Shown: in pieces, positions 53,734 through 62,192 of the stretch | How the letters are laid out: each line of letters begins with the position of its first letter | Position numbering within the stretch: position 1 is the first letter of the stretch | The notes under the pieces: model-generated | Told to the model about the DNA's origin: nothing | What the model saw: the letters and a program-made list of their open reading frames with translations, nothing else | Database searches by the model: none | Made by a program: the position numbers and the translations under genes | DNA from: an uncultured Dehalococcoides sp. | GTDB taxonomy: Bacteria; Chloroflexota; Dehalococcoidia; UBA2979 | NCBI GenBank assembly: GCA_964628985.1 | Contig: CAZVNJ010000004.1 | Coordinates: 23,628-87,627 of the forward strand | Length of the DNA: 64,000 nt | Direction of reading: 5' to 3'

Positions 53734-54729
53734 CTATGCCGAGTCGGCGTGTTCGGCGGCGGCGAGGACGGCGTCCCAGGCCACCTCGCCCGCGAGGACG
53801 GCGAGCATCTCGGAGGGGACGGATGCGTCGACCTCGCCGGTGGTGACGGCGTAGAGGACGTCGCCGTCGAGGATGGAGTGGAAGGGCTCGATGGCGCGGG
53901 TCATCGATGAGTGCACTTGCCGGCCAAACTGCCGGAGGGCGGGGCCATCCATCCGCGCGTTTGTGACGACCGTGGTGAGTGTCGTGTGCTGTGACCGGAA
54001 GATCGGCGGGCGCGGGAGCGTGGGCGGCGCGAAGCCACCGGCCAGCCGTCGCTCGACCTCGGGGAGGATGCGGAGGCGTTCGCCGGTCTCAGGGTGTCGG
54101 TTGCCGCGCACGACGCGGCCTTCGCGGTCGACGATGCCACCGAGCGCGTTGACGACCGTGCAGACGAGGACCTTGACGCCGCCGATCTCGCGGAAGGCGG
54201 CGCCCTGCCCGCCCGGCTCGCCCTGCTGGAAGAGGAAGGAGCCGATGCGCGCGCAGCGCGCGCCGCCGCGTGACCCGAGGGGGAACCAGCCCTCGCGCAG
54301 TGTGCTCGCGGCGGCGCGACCGAGGAAATAGTCGGGGTAGATGCTGGGGTCACGTCTCGTGGGGCCGAAGTCGTAGATGATCGCGCCAGAGACGGGCTGG
54401 AAGCGCGACGTCGGATCGTCCGGCGGACTGGTGGGAGCCCTGTCGGTGAGTTCGGCGACGACGCCGGCCTGCGCCTCGAGGCCGTAGATCGATCCGCCTG
54501 CCATCACGATGGCGCGGTTGTAGTCGTGATCGCCGATCGTGGCGGGCCAGCCGCCCTGCACGTCGATCGAGGTGGGGTGCGGGCGGCCGAAGGCGACGAC
54601 GGTGCAACCGGTCGGCCCGCCGTCATACTCGGCGACACCGATGCTCACCCCGGGGAAGTCGAAGGCGAGCGCGGGGAGCCCGGCGAAGTCCGTGCGTGGT
54701 GTCCAGCGAGGGGCGGGCGACGGTTCCAT
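53734..54729 (-). CDS. P1/S58 family peptidase (DmpA-like aminopeptidase)
   Basis: GVSIGVAEYDGGPTGCTVV and AIVMAGGSIYGLEA, with HTTLTTVVTNARMD typical of the family. Confidence 0.8.
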   Translation of the reverse strand: MEPSPAPRWTPRTDFAGLPALAFDFPGVSIGVAEYDGGPTGCTVVAFGRPHPTSIDVQGGWPATIGDHDYNRAIVMAGGSIYGLEAQAGVVAELTDRAPTSPPDDPTSRFQPVSGAIIYDFGPTRRDPSIYPDYFLGRAAASTLREGWFPLGSRGGARCARIGSFLFQQGEPGGQGAAFREIGGVKVLVCTVVNALGGIVDREGRVVRGNRHPETGERLRILPEVERRLAGGFAPPTLPRPPIFRSQHTTLTTVVTNARMDGPALRQFGRQVHSSMTRAIEPFHSILDGDVLYAVTTGEVDASVPSEMLAVLAGEVAWDAVLAAAEHADSA

Positions 54730-54832
54730 CCGGGCATCCTAGGACGGTGCGCGATCGTGTCCGCGTCGGGCTGGCACAGGACGGCCCGCCGTCCTCGGAG
54801 GTGGCGGGCCGTCGATGATGGCTCGCGGACTA

Positions 54833-55168
54833 CTACTTGCCCTGGTCGCGCTCCTTGGCGCGCTGGAGGGCGCGGACGAGCATGCCCTTCTCGGGGATCG
54901 GCTTCCAGCCGGCCATGGTGTTGAAGTAGCGGACGCCGGCGGAGCGCTCGTCGGGTTCCCGCTCCATGTACTCGACGTCGAAGCCGTCGATGCGGATCGT
55001 CGGGGACCCCAGGCACTTCGTGGGGAGGGCCTCTTCGTCGTTCCGGATCATCGTCTCTTTGACCTCCTGGTCGGGGAGGCCGGCCTCGGCGAGCGCTTCG
55101 CGGAGCAGTTTGCGAATGTCGTCGTGGTACTTCTTGCCGAGTTCGGTCAAGACCATGGTGACTTCCAT
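54833..55168 (-). CDS. Hypothetical 111-aa protein (possibly thioredoxin-fold-like)
   Basis: CLGSPTIRIDGFDVE segment. Weak call. Confidence 0.4.
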   Translation of the reverse strand: MEVTMVLTELGKKYHDDIRKLLREALAEAGLPDQEVKETMIRNDEEALPTKCLGSPTIRIDGFDVEYMEREPDERSAGVRYFNTMAGWKPIPEKGMLVRALQRAKERDQGK

Positions 55169-55240
55169 CGAGTGTCCCTCCTCGGGTGCCGGCCTGCCTG
55201 CTGGGCCGGGCCTGGGCGGCGGCCGGCGGGTGCCGGCCGA

Positions 55241-56290
55241 TCAGTCGGTCGGGGGTGTCGCCTCCCCGCCGGGCGCATCCTCGCGCATGGGGGCAGTCTG
55301 CGCCAGTCGGTAGCGGAAATCGCAGTATGCCGCCCCCTGCATGATGGTCTGGGTGCGTTCGAGGTGCAGGCCGTCCGAGTAGCCCTCGGAGAGGGCGAAG
55401 TCGCGGCTGCACGAGAGCAGGAATCCGAGATCGGCGGCGCCCATCCGCCGGTACATCTCCGCAAAGCGGCAGCCGACCACGTTGAAGTCGAGGCGTGTGG
55501 CGTCCTGTTGCAGGGTCTCGATGGCGAGGTCGCCTCCGGCGCCGCCCCAGGAGTCCTTCACCTGCACGAAGCCAGCGAGGTCGCGCCGTCCGAGCGCCTC
55601 CGCGACGTCGTGCCCCTGCTGTCGCGCGATCGCCTCGATCGTCTCGCGGGCGATCGCGTGGGCGCGTTCGATGCCCAGTTCCCCCTCTAGGCGGCGGATG
55701 AAGGGGACGAGCACGTCGGCCTCGATGCCGCGTTGCTGGAGGAGGGTCATAGGGCGGGGCTCGAGCGGGGCGGGCCGCGGCGGGGCGGGTGCCCGACCGG
55801 CACGCCACGCCTCGACCACATCGAGGTCGTGGTCGAAGGCAAGCGGAGGGAGCGCGTCGGCGTCGAAGTAGGCGACCTCGAGGGCCTCGTCGCCGGCGAC
55901 GGGATCGGCGGCGCCGGCGGGGACCGTGGCGGCGTAGGCAACGAAGACCACGGGGTCGTCCGGGCTGCTCCACGCGCCGAGCAGCCGGTCGATCCGTACC
56001 TCGACGCCCGCCTCCTCGCGCGTCTCACGTCGCGCGGCGTCCTCGAGGACTTCGCCCGCGTCGACGAAGCCGGAGGGGAACGCCCAGCGTCCGAGCGCCG
56101 GCTCGTGGTTGCGCCGGACGAGGAGGATGCGGCCGTCGCGCTCCGCGACGACGCCGACGGCCACCTTGGGGTCCGGGTACCAGGCGTAGCCGCAACCCTC
56201 GGTAGCGCAGCGGACGCCCGCACCCGTCTCCGGACGCGCCACGCCGCAACGCGGGCAGAATCGGGCGGGAGTCGGGAGGGGCAGCGGCAT
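55241..56290 (-). CDS. NUDIX hydrolase (zinc-ribbon N-terminus) fused to an L-2-amino-thiazoline-4-carboxylic acid hydrolase-like domain
   Basis: N-terminal CPRCG..C..C, Nudix box GFVDAGEVLEDAARRETREEAGV. C-terminal half DFNVVGCRFAEMYRRMGAADLGFLLSCSRDFALSEGY..MQGAAYCDFRY. Confidence 0.7.
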   Translation of the reverse strand: MPLPLPTPARFCPRCGVARPETGAGVRCATEGCGYAWYPDPKVAVGVVAERDGRILLVRRNHEPALGRWAFPSGFVDAGEVLEDAARRETREEAGVEVRIDRLLGAWSSPDDPVVFVAYAATVPAGAADPVAGDEALEVAYFDADALPPLAFDHDLDVVEAWRAGRAPAPPRPAPLEPRPMTLLQQRGIEADVLVPFIRRLEGELGIERAHAIARETIEAIARQQGHDVAEALGRRDLAGFVQVKDSWGGAGGDLAIETLQQDATRLDFNVVGCRFAEMYRRMGAADLGFLLSCSRDFALSEGYSDGLHLERTQTIMQGAAYCDFRYRLAQTAPMREDAPGGEATPPTD

Positions 56291-56336
56291 CGCGGGGCCT
56301 CGTGCGTTGGGTGCGTCTCGTGTGTGCGGCGTGAGG

Positions 56337-57083
56337 CTAGATGAACATGATCACGCGACGGAACTGCTCGTGATAGCGACCGTCCGCGTCCCCCCAGTAT
56401 GCGCGCATCCGGTCCATCATCTCCGGCGCGAACTGCGAGGTGTGGGCGAGCATCGCGGCGATCTTCGTCTCGATCACGTCGGTGATGTCGACGGAGAAGT
56501 TCGACTCGTTGCCGCCGAAGATGTAGAGCTCGCGGACCTTGTGCGGCTGGAGGCCCTCGGCGATCTGCTCGGGGAAGTTGAGGCGGTCCCGAGCGGCGGG
56601 ATAGACGGCGTCCACGGTGGCGAGGCCGGTGGCGCGGTGGTCCGAGTGGCTGACGAACGAGTTGTTGATGATCACCGCCTCGGGGTCGTGGGTGTAGACG
56701 GCGAACGGCCGGAACTCGCGGATCTCGCGGACGATCTCGCCGATCAGGGCGTGTGACCAGACAAGTTCGCCGTCGGTGTGGCCGAGGAAGCGGACGTCGC
56801 GCACGCCGAGGATTGCGGCGGCGGCGCGCTGCTCCTCGGCGCGCATCGCGACCAGGTCGGGCTGGCTGATCGCGGGATCCTCGGAGCCCTTGGAGCCGTC
56901 GGTGACGACGAGGTAGCGGACGTCCCAGCCAGCGCGCGCGAGCAGGGCGGCGGTGCCGGCGGCCCCGAAATCGGCGTCGTCGGGGTGGGCGGCCACGACG
57001 AGGGCGCGCCGGAACTCGCCGGCGGACTCGTCCGGATCGCCTGGCCGCTCCTGGCCGAACAGATCTTCCAGTCCGGCGGGCAT
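56337..57083 (-). CDS. PIG-L family deacetylase
   Basis: ALVVAAHPDDADFGAAGT and VSHSDHRATG motifs. The true start is ATG 57083, so the 395-aa ORF-track version is an extension. Confidence 0.8.
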   Translation of the reverse strand: MPAGLEDLFGQERPGDPDESAGEFRRALVVAAHPDDADFGAAGTAALLARAGWDVRYLVVTDGSKGSEDPAISQPDLVAMRAEEQRAAAAILGVRDVRFLGHTDGELVWSHALIGEIVREIREFRPFAVYTHDPEAVIINNSFVSHSDHRATGLATVDAVYPAARDRLNFPEQIAEGLQPHKVRELYIFGGNESNFSVDITDVIETKIAAMLAHTSQFAPEMMDRMRAYWGDADGRYHEQFRRVIMFI

Positions 57084-57150
57084 CGAGGCTCCGATCTCTC
57101 CGGTGGTCCATGCTCCTGTGAGCGGGCCTCGATCGTATCCGGAGGCTCGC

Positions 57151-57206
57151 CGTGGCGACCGCTGGCGTGGCGACCGCTGGCGTGGCGACCGCGTGGCGTG
57201 GCGAAC
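57151..57206. repeat. Short tandem repeat CGTGGCGACCGCTGG x2 plus two degenerate units
   Basis: Read directly from the sequence between the PIG-L gene and lexA. Confidence 0.8.
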
Positions 57207-57268
57207 GGGGGGTGAGAGTGTCGAAGGGCGGTTGACGAGTTGACAGAACGGGGTTAGCGTTCCGAACA

Positions 57269-57280
57269 GAACATGTGTGC
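57269..57280 (+). promoter_or_regulatory. Imperfect LexA-type box GAACatgtGTGC upstream of lexA
   Basis: One mismatch from GAAC-N4-GTTC. It sits in a patch with further half-sites (GTTCCGAACAGAAC), about 180 nt upstream of the lexA ATG. Confidence 0.35.
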
Positions 57281-57455
57281 CGCACATCTGTATCGGCCAG
57301 CGCGTGGCCCGTGCGATGCGGCGGACATGGGCCTCCGCCTTGAGGCGGGGGCAGGTTGGGCGTGCGGGTGGGGGTAAGGGGACGCGCGGACGCCGGCAAA
57401 GCCGGGCGCCCACCGTGCTGCCGCACGGAGTCGCGACGTGAGAGAGGCGTATGCC

Positions 57456-58088
57456 ATGTCGGACGGATTGTCGGAGAAGCAGCAGGACATCTACCGCTTC
57501 CTGGAGCGGTTCATCGCCGAGCACGACTATCCGCCCAGCATCCGGGACATCCAGCAGGGGTGCGGTATCTCATCCACCAGCGTGGTGGACTACAACCTGA
57601 AGCGCTTGGAGGAGAAGGGGCTGATCCGGCGGGACCGCGAGGTCTCACGGGCGATCGAGCTGCTGAACGGGCAGGGCGAACGCCGACGGCGCACCGTGCA
57701 GGTGCCGCTGCTGGGCCCGATCGCGGCGGGCATCCCGATCCCCACGCACCCGGACAGCGTCGCGCCGCTGGACATCATCGAACTGACCGAGGAGCAGGTG
57801 CGCGGCAAAGCCAACCTCTACGCGCTGCGCGTCCAGGGCACCTCGATGATCGACGCGCTGATCAATGACGGGGACATCGTGGTCCTCGAGCCACGCCAGG
57901 CGGCGGATCCGGGCGAGGTCGTGGCCGCATGGATCGTGGACCGGGGGGAGACGACGCTCAAGAAGTACTTCCCCGAGGGGCGGAAGGTCCGGCTGCAACC
58001 GATGAACGCGACGATGGCCCCCATTATGGAGGACGCGTCGAACGTGCAGGTGCAGGGGCGGCTCGTCGCCACCATCCGCTCCTTCTAA
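57456..58088 (+). CDS. lexA: LexA repressor
   Basis: LSEKQQDIYRFLERFIAEHDYPPSIRDIQ winged-helix N-terminus. AAG cleavage site (GPIAAGIPI) and GTSMIDALINDGDIVV..TLKKY Ser/Lys protease motifs. Confidence 0.95.
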   Translation: MSDGLSEKQQDIYRFLERFIAEHDYPPSIRDIQQGCGISSTSVVDYNLKRLEEKGLIRRDREVSRAIELLNGQGERRRRTVQVPLLGPIAAGIPIPTHPDSVAPLDIIELTEEQVRGKANLYALRVQGTSMIDALINDGDIVVLEPRQAADPGEVVAAWIVDRGETTLKKYFPEGRKVRLQPMNATMAPIMEDASNVQVQGRLVATIRSF

Positions 58089-58141
58089 CGTATCCCGGGC
58101 GCCGACCGGCCGCGAGCCGGGCGGCCTGATCTGTCACGGGC

Positions 58142-58173
58142 GACGGCCCGGCGTCCGCGGACGCCGGGCCGTC
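58142..58173 (+). terminator. Perfect 14-bp GC hairpin downstream of lexA
   Basis: GACGGCCCGGCGTCcgcgGACGCCGGGCCGTC followed by tcgttcgg. Confidence 0.5.
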
Positions 58174-58304
58174 TCGTTCGGTAGGATCACGTGGCGAGCG
58201 TGGGACTGTGGTGTGAGGTGGCTGGTGCGGCCTCGGCCCATCGAGGGCAAGAGGGACCAGCGATCGAGGCGTCACGCACCACGCCGAAGTGGGGGAGGCG
58301 AGCC

Positions 58305-59591
58305 GTGGCCACGACGAAGGCGATCGAGCCGGTCAGCAGCCGGTTCGACGCAGTGGTGCATCTTCCCGGCTCGAAGAGTTACACCAACCGTGCACTGCTG
58401 ATCGCCGCGCTCGCGCGCGGGCGTTCGGAGATCGTCGACGCCCTGGCCTCAGATGACACGGGGTACATGCACGCAGCACTCGAAGCGCTCGGCGTGCGCA
58501 TCGAGGACCGTGACGCACACACATTTCTCGTCGAGGGTGTGGACGGTCGGTTTCCCGCCAGCGAGGCGACGATGTTCGTAGGTAACGCGGGCACTGCCGC
58601 GCGTTTCCTCACGGCGGCAGTGGCACTGGGGCACGGACGTTTCACCGTCGACGGCTCCGAGGCGATGCGGAAGCGTCCGATCCAGCCGCTGATCGACGGG
58701 CTACGCCAACTGGGCGTGGAGATCGAGAGCCGTCTCGGCAACGGCTGCCCGCCGGTGGACCTGTCGGCGCACGGGATCCCGGGAGGGCGGGCGCTGGTGC
58801 GAGGCGACATTTCCAGCCAGTACTTCAGCGCGCTGCTGATGGCGGCCCCATATGCCGCGTCCGACGTTGAGATCGAGGTCGAGGGTGCTCTCGTCTCCTC
58901 GCCCTATGTCGCGATGACGCTCTCGACGATGTCCGAGTTCGGGGTGGAGGCGGAGCGGGACGGCGACCGTTGGTTCCGCGTGCGCTCCGGCCAGCGGTAC
59001 GAAGCGCGCACCTACGCCGTGGAGCCGGACGCTTCGGCGGCCTCGTACTTCTTCACGGCCGCGGCGGTGACGGGCGGGCGCGTAGTGGTGCCGCGGCTGG
59101 GGAGCCGGTCCGCGCAGGGGGACCTGGGCATCCTCGCGGTACTCGAGCGGATGGGGTGCCGCGTCCGGATCGACGCGGAGGCCATCGAGGTGGTGGGGCC
59201 GGAACAATTACGCGCCGTGGATGCGGACTTCACCCAAATGGGCGACGTGGCGACCTCGCTGCTGGCGATCGCGCCGTTCGCGGACGGGCCGGTGACGGTG
59301 CGCGGGATCGCCCAGACCCACTACGAGGAGAGCGACCGGCCGGTGGCTGCTGCGACGGAGTTGCGCCGGATGGGGCTCCGCGTGGAGGACGACTGGGATT
59401 CAGTGACGGTCTACCCAGGGATGCCGCAGCCAGCCGAGGTGCAGACCTATGACGATCACCGGATGGCGATGAGCTTTGCAGTCACCGGCCTGCGGGCGCC
59501 GGGGATCCGCATCGCGCATCCGGAGTGTGTCTCCAAGACGTTCCCGGAGTACTTCGACGTCCTCCGCGAGGTGACCGCAACCGCTTCGTAG
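58305..59591 (+). CDS. aroA: 3-phosphoshikimate 1-carboxyvinyltransferase (EPSP synthase)
   Basis: LPGSKSYTNRALLIAAL, GNAGTAARFL and DHRMAMSFAV motifs. GTG 58305 follows GGGGGAGG. Confidence 0.92.
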   Translation: MATTKAIEPVSSRFDAVVHLPGSKSYTNRALLIAALARGRSEIVDALASDDTGYMHAALEALGVRIEDRDAHTFLVEGVDGRFPASEATMFVGNAGTAARFLTAAVALGHGRFTVDGSEAMRKRPIQPLIDGLRQLGVEIESRLGNGCPPVDLSAHGIPGGRALVRGDISSQYFSALLMAAPYAASDVEIEVEGALVSSPYVAMTLSTMSEFGVEAERDGDRWFRVRSGQRYEARTYAVEPDASAASYFFTAAAVTGGRVVVPRLGSRSAQGDLGILAVLERMGCRVRIDAEAIEVVGPEQLRAVDADFTQMGDVATSLLAIAPFADGPVTVRGIAQTHYEESDRPVAAATELRRMGLRVEDDWDSVTVYPGMPQPAEVQTYDDHRMAMSFAVTGLRAPGIRIAHPECVSKTFPEYFDVLREVTATAS

Positions 59592-59708
59592 GGGTGGGCG
59601 CGACCGACGGTGGCGCACTCTGAGGCGGCCCGGGGGTACCGTAGATCGAGATCGCGAGTGGACGAGCGGGCATCGATGCCCGACTCCCGGCAGGCCAGGC
59701 AGGACGAG

Positions 59709-60752
59709 ATGGCTGAGGCGACCTCCGACCCGGCGCTGGAGACGCGCACGCCCGTGCTGACGGTGCGTGACTTGCATGCTGCCTACCGCGGCGCGGAAGC
59801 GATGATCCCGGCTGTGCGGGGGGTCTCTCTGGACCTCTACGCCGGCGAGGTGCTGGCGCTGGTGGGCGAATCCGCGGCGGGGAAGTCCTCGGTGGCGCAC
59901 GCGATGCTCGGCCTGCTGCCGTCGAACGCCGAGGTGAGCGGAACGATCCTGTACAACGGACGTTCCCTTCTCGACCTGAGCAGCGAGGAGCGACGGCAGG
60001 TGCGCGGCGGGGAGATTGCGATGATCTTTCAGGACGCGATGGCCGGGCTGACGCCGACCCTGCGCATCGGCGAGCAGATCGCAGAGTTGTTCCTGGCGCA
60101 CGAGCGGCTGGACGCGAAGGCCGCCCGGGCCGCCGCGCTGGAGGCGTTGCGTCCGCTGCTGCCGGACGCGGAGCGCATTGTGGACGCCTACCCGTTCCAG
60201 TTGTCGGGCGGCATGGCGCAGCGCGTCATGGTGGCGATGGCGACGGCGCTGCATCCGAAGATCGTGATCGCGGACGAGCCGACGGCAAACCTGGACCCGG
60301 CGGTCCGGCTCGAGACGCTGAACTGGCTCGAGGAGATGCGCAACGCCGGTACGGCCGTGCTGCTGATCACCCATGACTTCGGCGTTGTGGCGCGACTGGC
60401 CGACCGGGTGATGGTGATGTACGCCGGGGTGGTGGCGGAAGAGGCGGACGTCTTCACCATCTTCCGGCGTCCGCGGCACCCCTACACGTACGGCCTGCTC
60501 AGCAGCCTGCCCGGAGTGATGAGCGGCGCACGGTTGACTCCGATGCGCGGTCAGCCTCCTGACCTTGCCACACTGGGGGCGGAATGCGCGTTCCTCGAGC
60601 GCTGTTCGAAGGCGATCTCCCAGTGCCGCGTGCAGCCGTCGCCGCCGCTGGTCACGCCCGAGGTGGTCGCTGGGAGCGATGTCCCGCTGGCCCCCGGCCA
60701 CCGCGTAGCGTGCTTCAACCCGATGGTGGTTGACCTGCGCGAGGGGCGCTGA
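59709..60752 (+). CDS. ABC transporter ATP-binding protein (oligo/dipeptide DppD/OppD type), orphan
   Basis: GESAAGKSS, LSGGMAQRVMVAMA and IADEPTANLD, with C-terminal HPYTYGLLSSLP. The start is uncertain (59709 or 59676). Confidence 0.85.
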   Translation: MAEATSDPALETRTPVLTVRDLHAAYRGAEAMIPAVRGVSLDLYAGEVLALVGESAAGKSSVAHAMLGLLPSNAEVSGTILYNGRSLLDLSSEERRQVRGGEIAMIFQDAMAGLTPTLRIGEQIAELFLAHERLDAKAARAAALEALRPLLPDAERIVDAYPFQLSGGMAQRVMVAMATALHPKIVIADEPTANLDPAVRLETLNWLEEMRNAGTAVLLITHDFGVVARLADRVMVMYAGVVAEEADVFTIFRRPRHPYTYGLLSSLPGVMSGARLTPMRGQPPDLATLGAECAFLERCSKAISQCRVQPSPPLVTPEVVAGSDVPLAPGHRVACFNPMVVDLREGR

Positions 60753-60769
60753 GCCTCAGCGCCGCCGGC

Positions 60770-61819
60770 TCAGCGCCGGGCGGAGGCCTGTGCCGGGCCG
60801 CGGATCCCCGCGAGGTGCACGACCAGCAGTTCGAGGGCGAGGACATCCGTCCGCTTCCCGGTCTTGATTTCGGTGTCGGCTTCCTCGACCGCGCGCAGGG
60901 CGGCCTCGGCTGCTGGGCGGGAGGTGGCGCGTGCCTGGCGCAGCAGCTTGGTAAGCGGGAAGCCGCGAGCGCCGGTGGCCTCCTCGATCGCGGACTCGGG
61001 GGCGCGCGCCTCGAGTAGTTCCGTGGCGCGGACGAGGTTGCGCACCTGTCGCGCGACTCGGTTGAGGATGGCGATGGGGGTCTCCGGGCTCTCCTCGAGG
61101 ACGCGGCGCAGCATGACCATCGCGTGGGCAGCGCGGCCCTCGATGATCGCGTCCACGAGTTCGAACATGCTCTCCTCCCGCGCGAGGGGGGTCATGGTCT
61201 CGACGTCTAGCGGGGTGATCGGGCGGCCCGCGGTGTACGCGACCAGCTTGTCCAGTTCAGTGGCGATCATCCGCAGGTTGGAGCCCGCAAGGTCGGCGAG
61301 CAGGGCGACTGCAGCCCGCTCGATCGGGATGCCGCGCGCGCGTGCGCGCTGTTCGGTCCAGACCTCGACTTCGCTGGGGCCTCCGTTGTACGGCCGGCGC
61401 GGGCTGAGGGCGGCACACTGCGTGACCGTGACGTTGGGCAGGCGCTTCAGGGCGGTGACCAGCGCATGGCCGCCGACGGCGTCACGGTCGCCCGCCTGCT
61501 TCGGCGGTGGCTCGAGGAGCACGAGATGGTTGGAGTCCGGCACCTGGGGTACGAAGTCGAGGAGCGGCTGCCAGGCGTCGGCGGCACCGCGCCGTCCGCC
61601 CAGCGAAGTCACGAGGCCCTCGACGACGACGAGGCGGGCGGGGGCGAGGAAGGGGAGCGCGGCGGCGTGCTGGAGGAGCGTCTGGGGCGTGAGCCCGCGG
61701 GCGGCGAGCACGGTGGTGTTCGCAGCGAGTGAGCCGTCCGTGTCGAGTGCGGCCTTGAGGGCGGCCAACGCCTCGGCAGCGGTGAACTCGTCCGGGCCGT
61801 AGATCAGGTGCAGCGGCAC
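60770..61819 (-). CDS. holA: DNA polymerase III delta subunit
   Basis: VPLHLIYGPDEFTAAEALAALK start with a 349-aa helical C-terminus. GTG 61819 follows GGGGAG, and the longer ORF-track start is an extension. Confidence 0.75.
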   Translation of the reverse strand: MPLHLIYGPDEFTAAEALAALKAALDTDGSLAANTTVLAARGLTPQTLLQHAAALPFLAPARLVVVEGLVTSLGGRRGAADAWQPLLDFVPQVPDSNHLVLLEPPPKQAGDRDAVGGHALVTALKRLPNVTVTQCAALSPRRPYNGGPSEVEVWTEQRARARGIPIERAAVALLADLAGSNLRMIATELDKLVAYTAGRPITPLDVETMTPLAREESMFELVDAIIEGRAAHAMVMLRRVLEESPETPIAILNRVARQVRNLVRATELLEARAPESAIEEATGARGFPLTKLLRQARATSRPAAEAALRAVEEADTEIKTGKRTDVLALELLVVHLAGIRGPAQASARR

Positions 61820-61850
61820 AGTGGCTCCCCGGTGACGCCGATGCTGGCGC

Positions 61851-62123
61851 CTAGTCGATCTCCAGTTGCCACCCGAACCAGGCAGCCACAGTGACGAGGG
61901 CGAAGATCGCGGTACCCGGCCACAGGAGCGTGGGGAGGAAGCCCCCGTCCATGGCCGCCGCCTGGTATCCCGCCCAGCCGAGCGCGAGGAGGGCCCCGGG
62001 GAGGGGGAGCCAGCGCGGGAATCGAGGGTCGGCGTCATCCACCAGAGCCCCGCGCAGCAGTTCGCGCGGAGTCACCGGTTCAGCCGACCGCTGCTCCCCG
62101 TCCTCGTGTTCAGCCATCGCCAC
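61851..62123 (-). CDS. Small membrane protein (90 aa)
   Basis: Two hydrophobic segments (WLPLPGALLALGWAGY and GTAIFALVTVAAWFGW). Confidence 0.4.
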   Translation of the reverse strand: MAMAEHEDGEQRSAEPVTPRELLRGALVDDADPRFPRWLPLPGALLALGWAGYQAAAMDGGFLPTLLWPGTAIFALVTVAAWFGWQLEID

Positions 62124-62192
62124 GAGCGTACGCGCCGGGCGCAGGAGGCGTCGAGGCAGGGCGGCGCTGCGGCGATCCGTCCGGCGACCGGG

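Noticed and set aside
55747-57426. A 559-aa Arg/Pro-rich minus-strand ORF.
   Set aside because: It is out of frame with two recognisable genes (NUDIX fusion, PIG-L deacetylase) and has non-protein-like composition, which is a typical high-G+C artefact.
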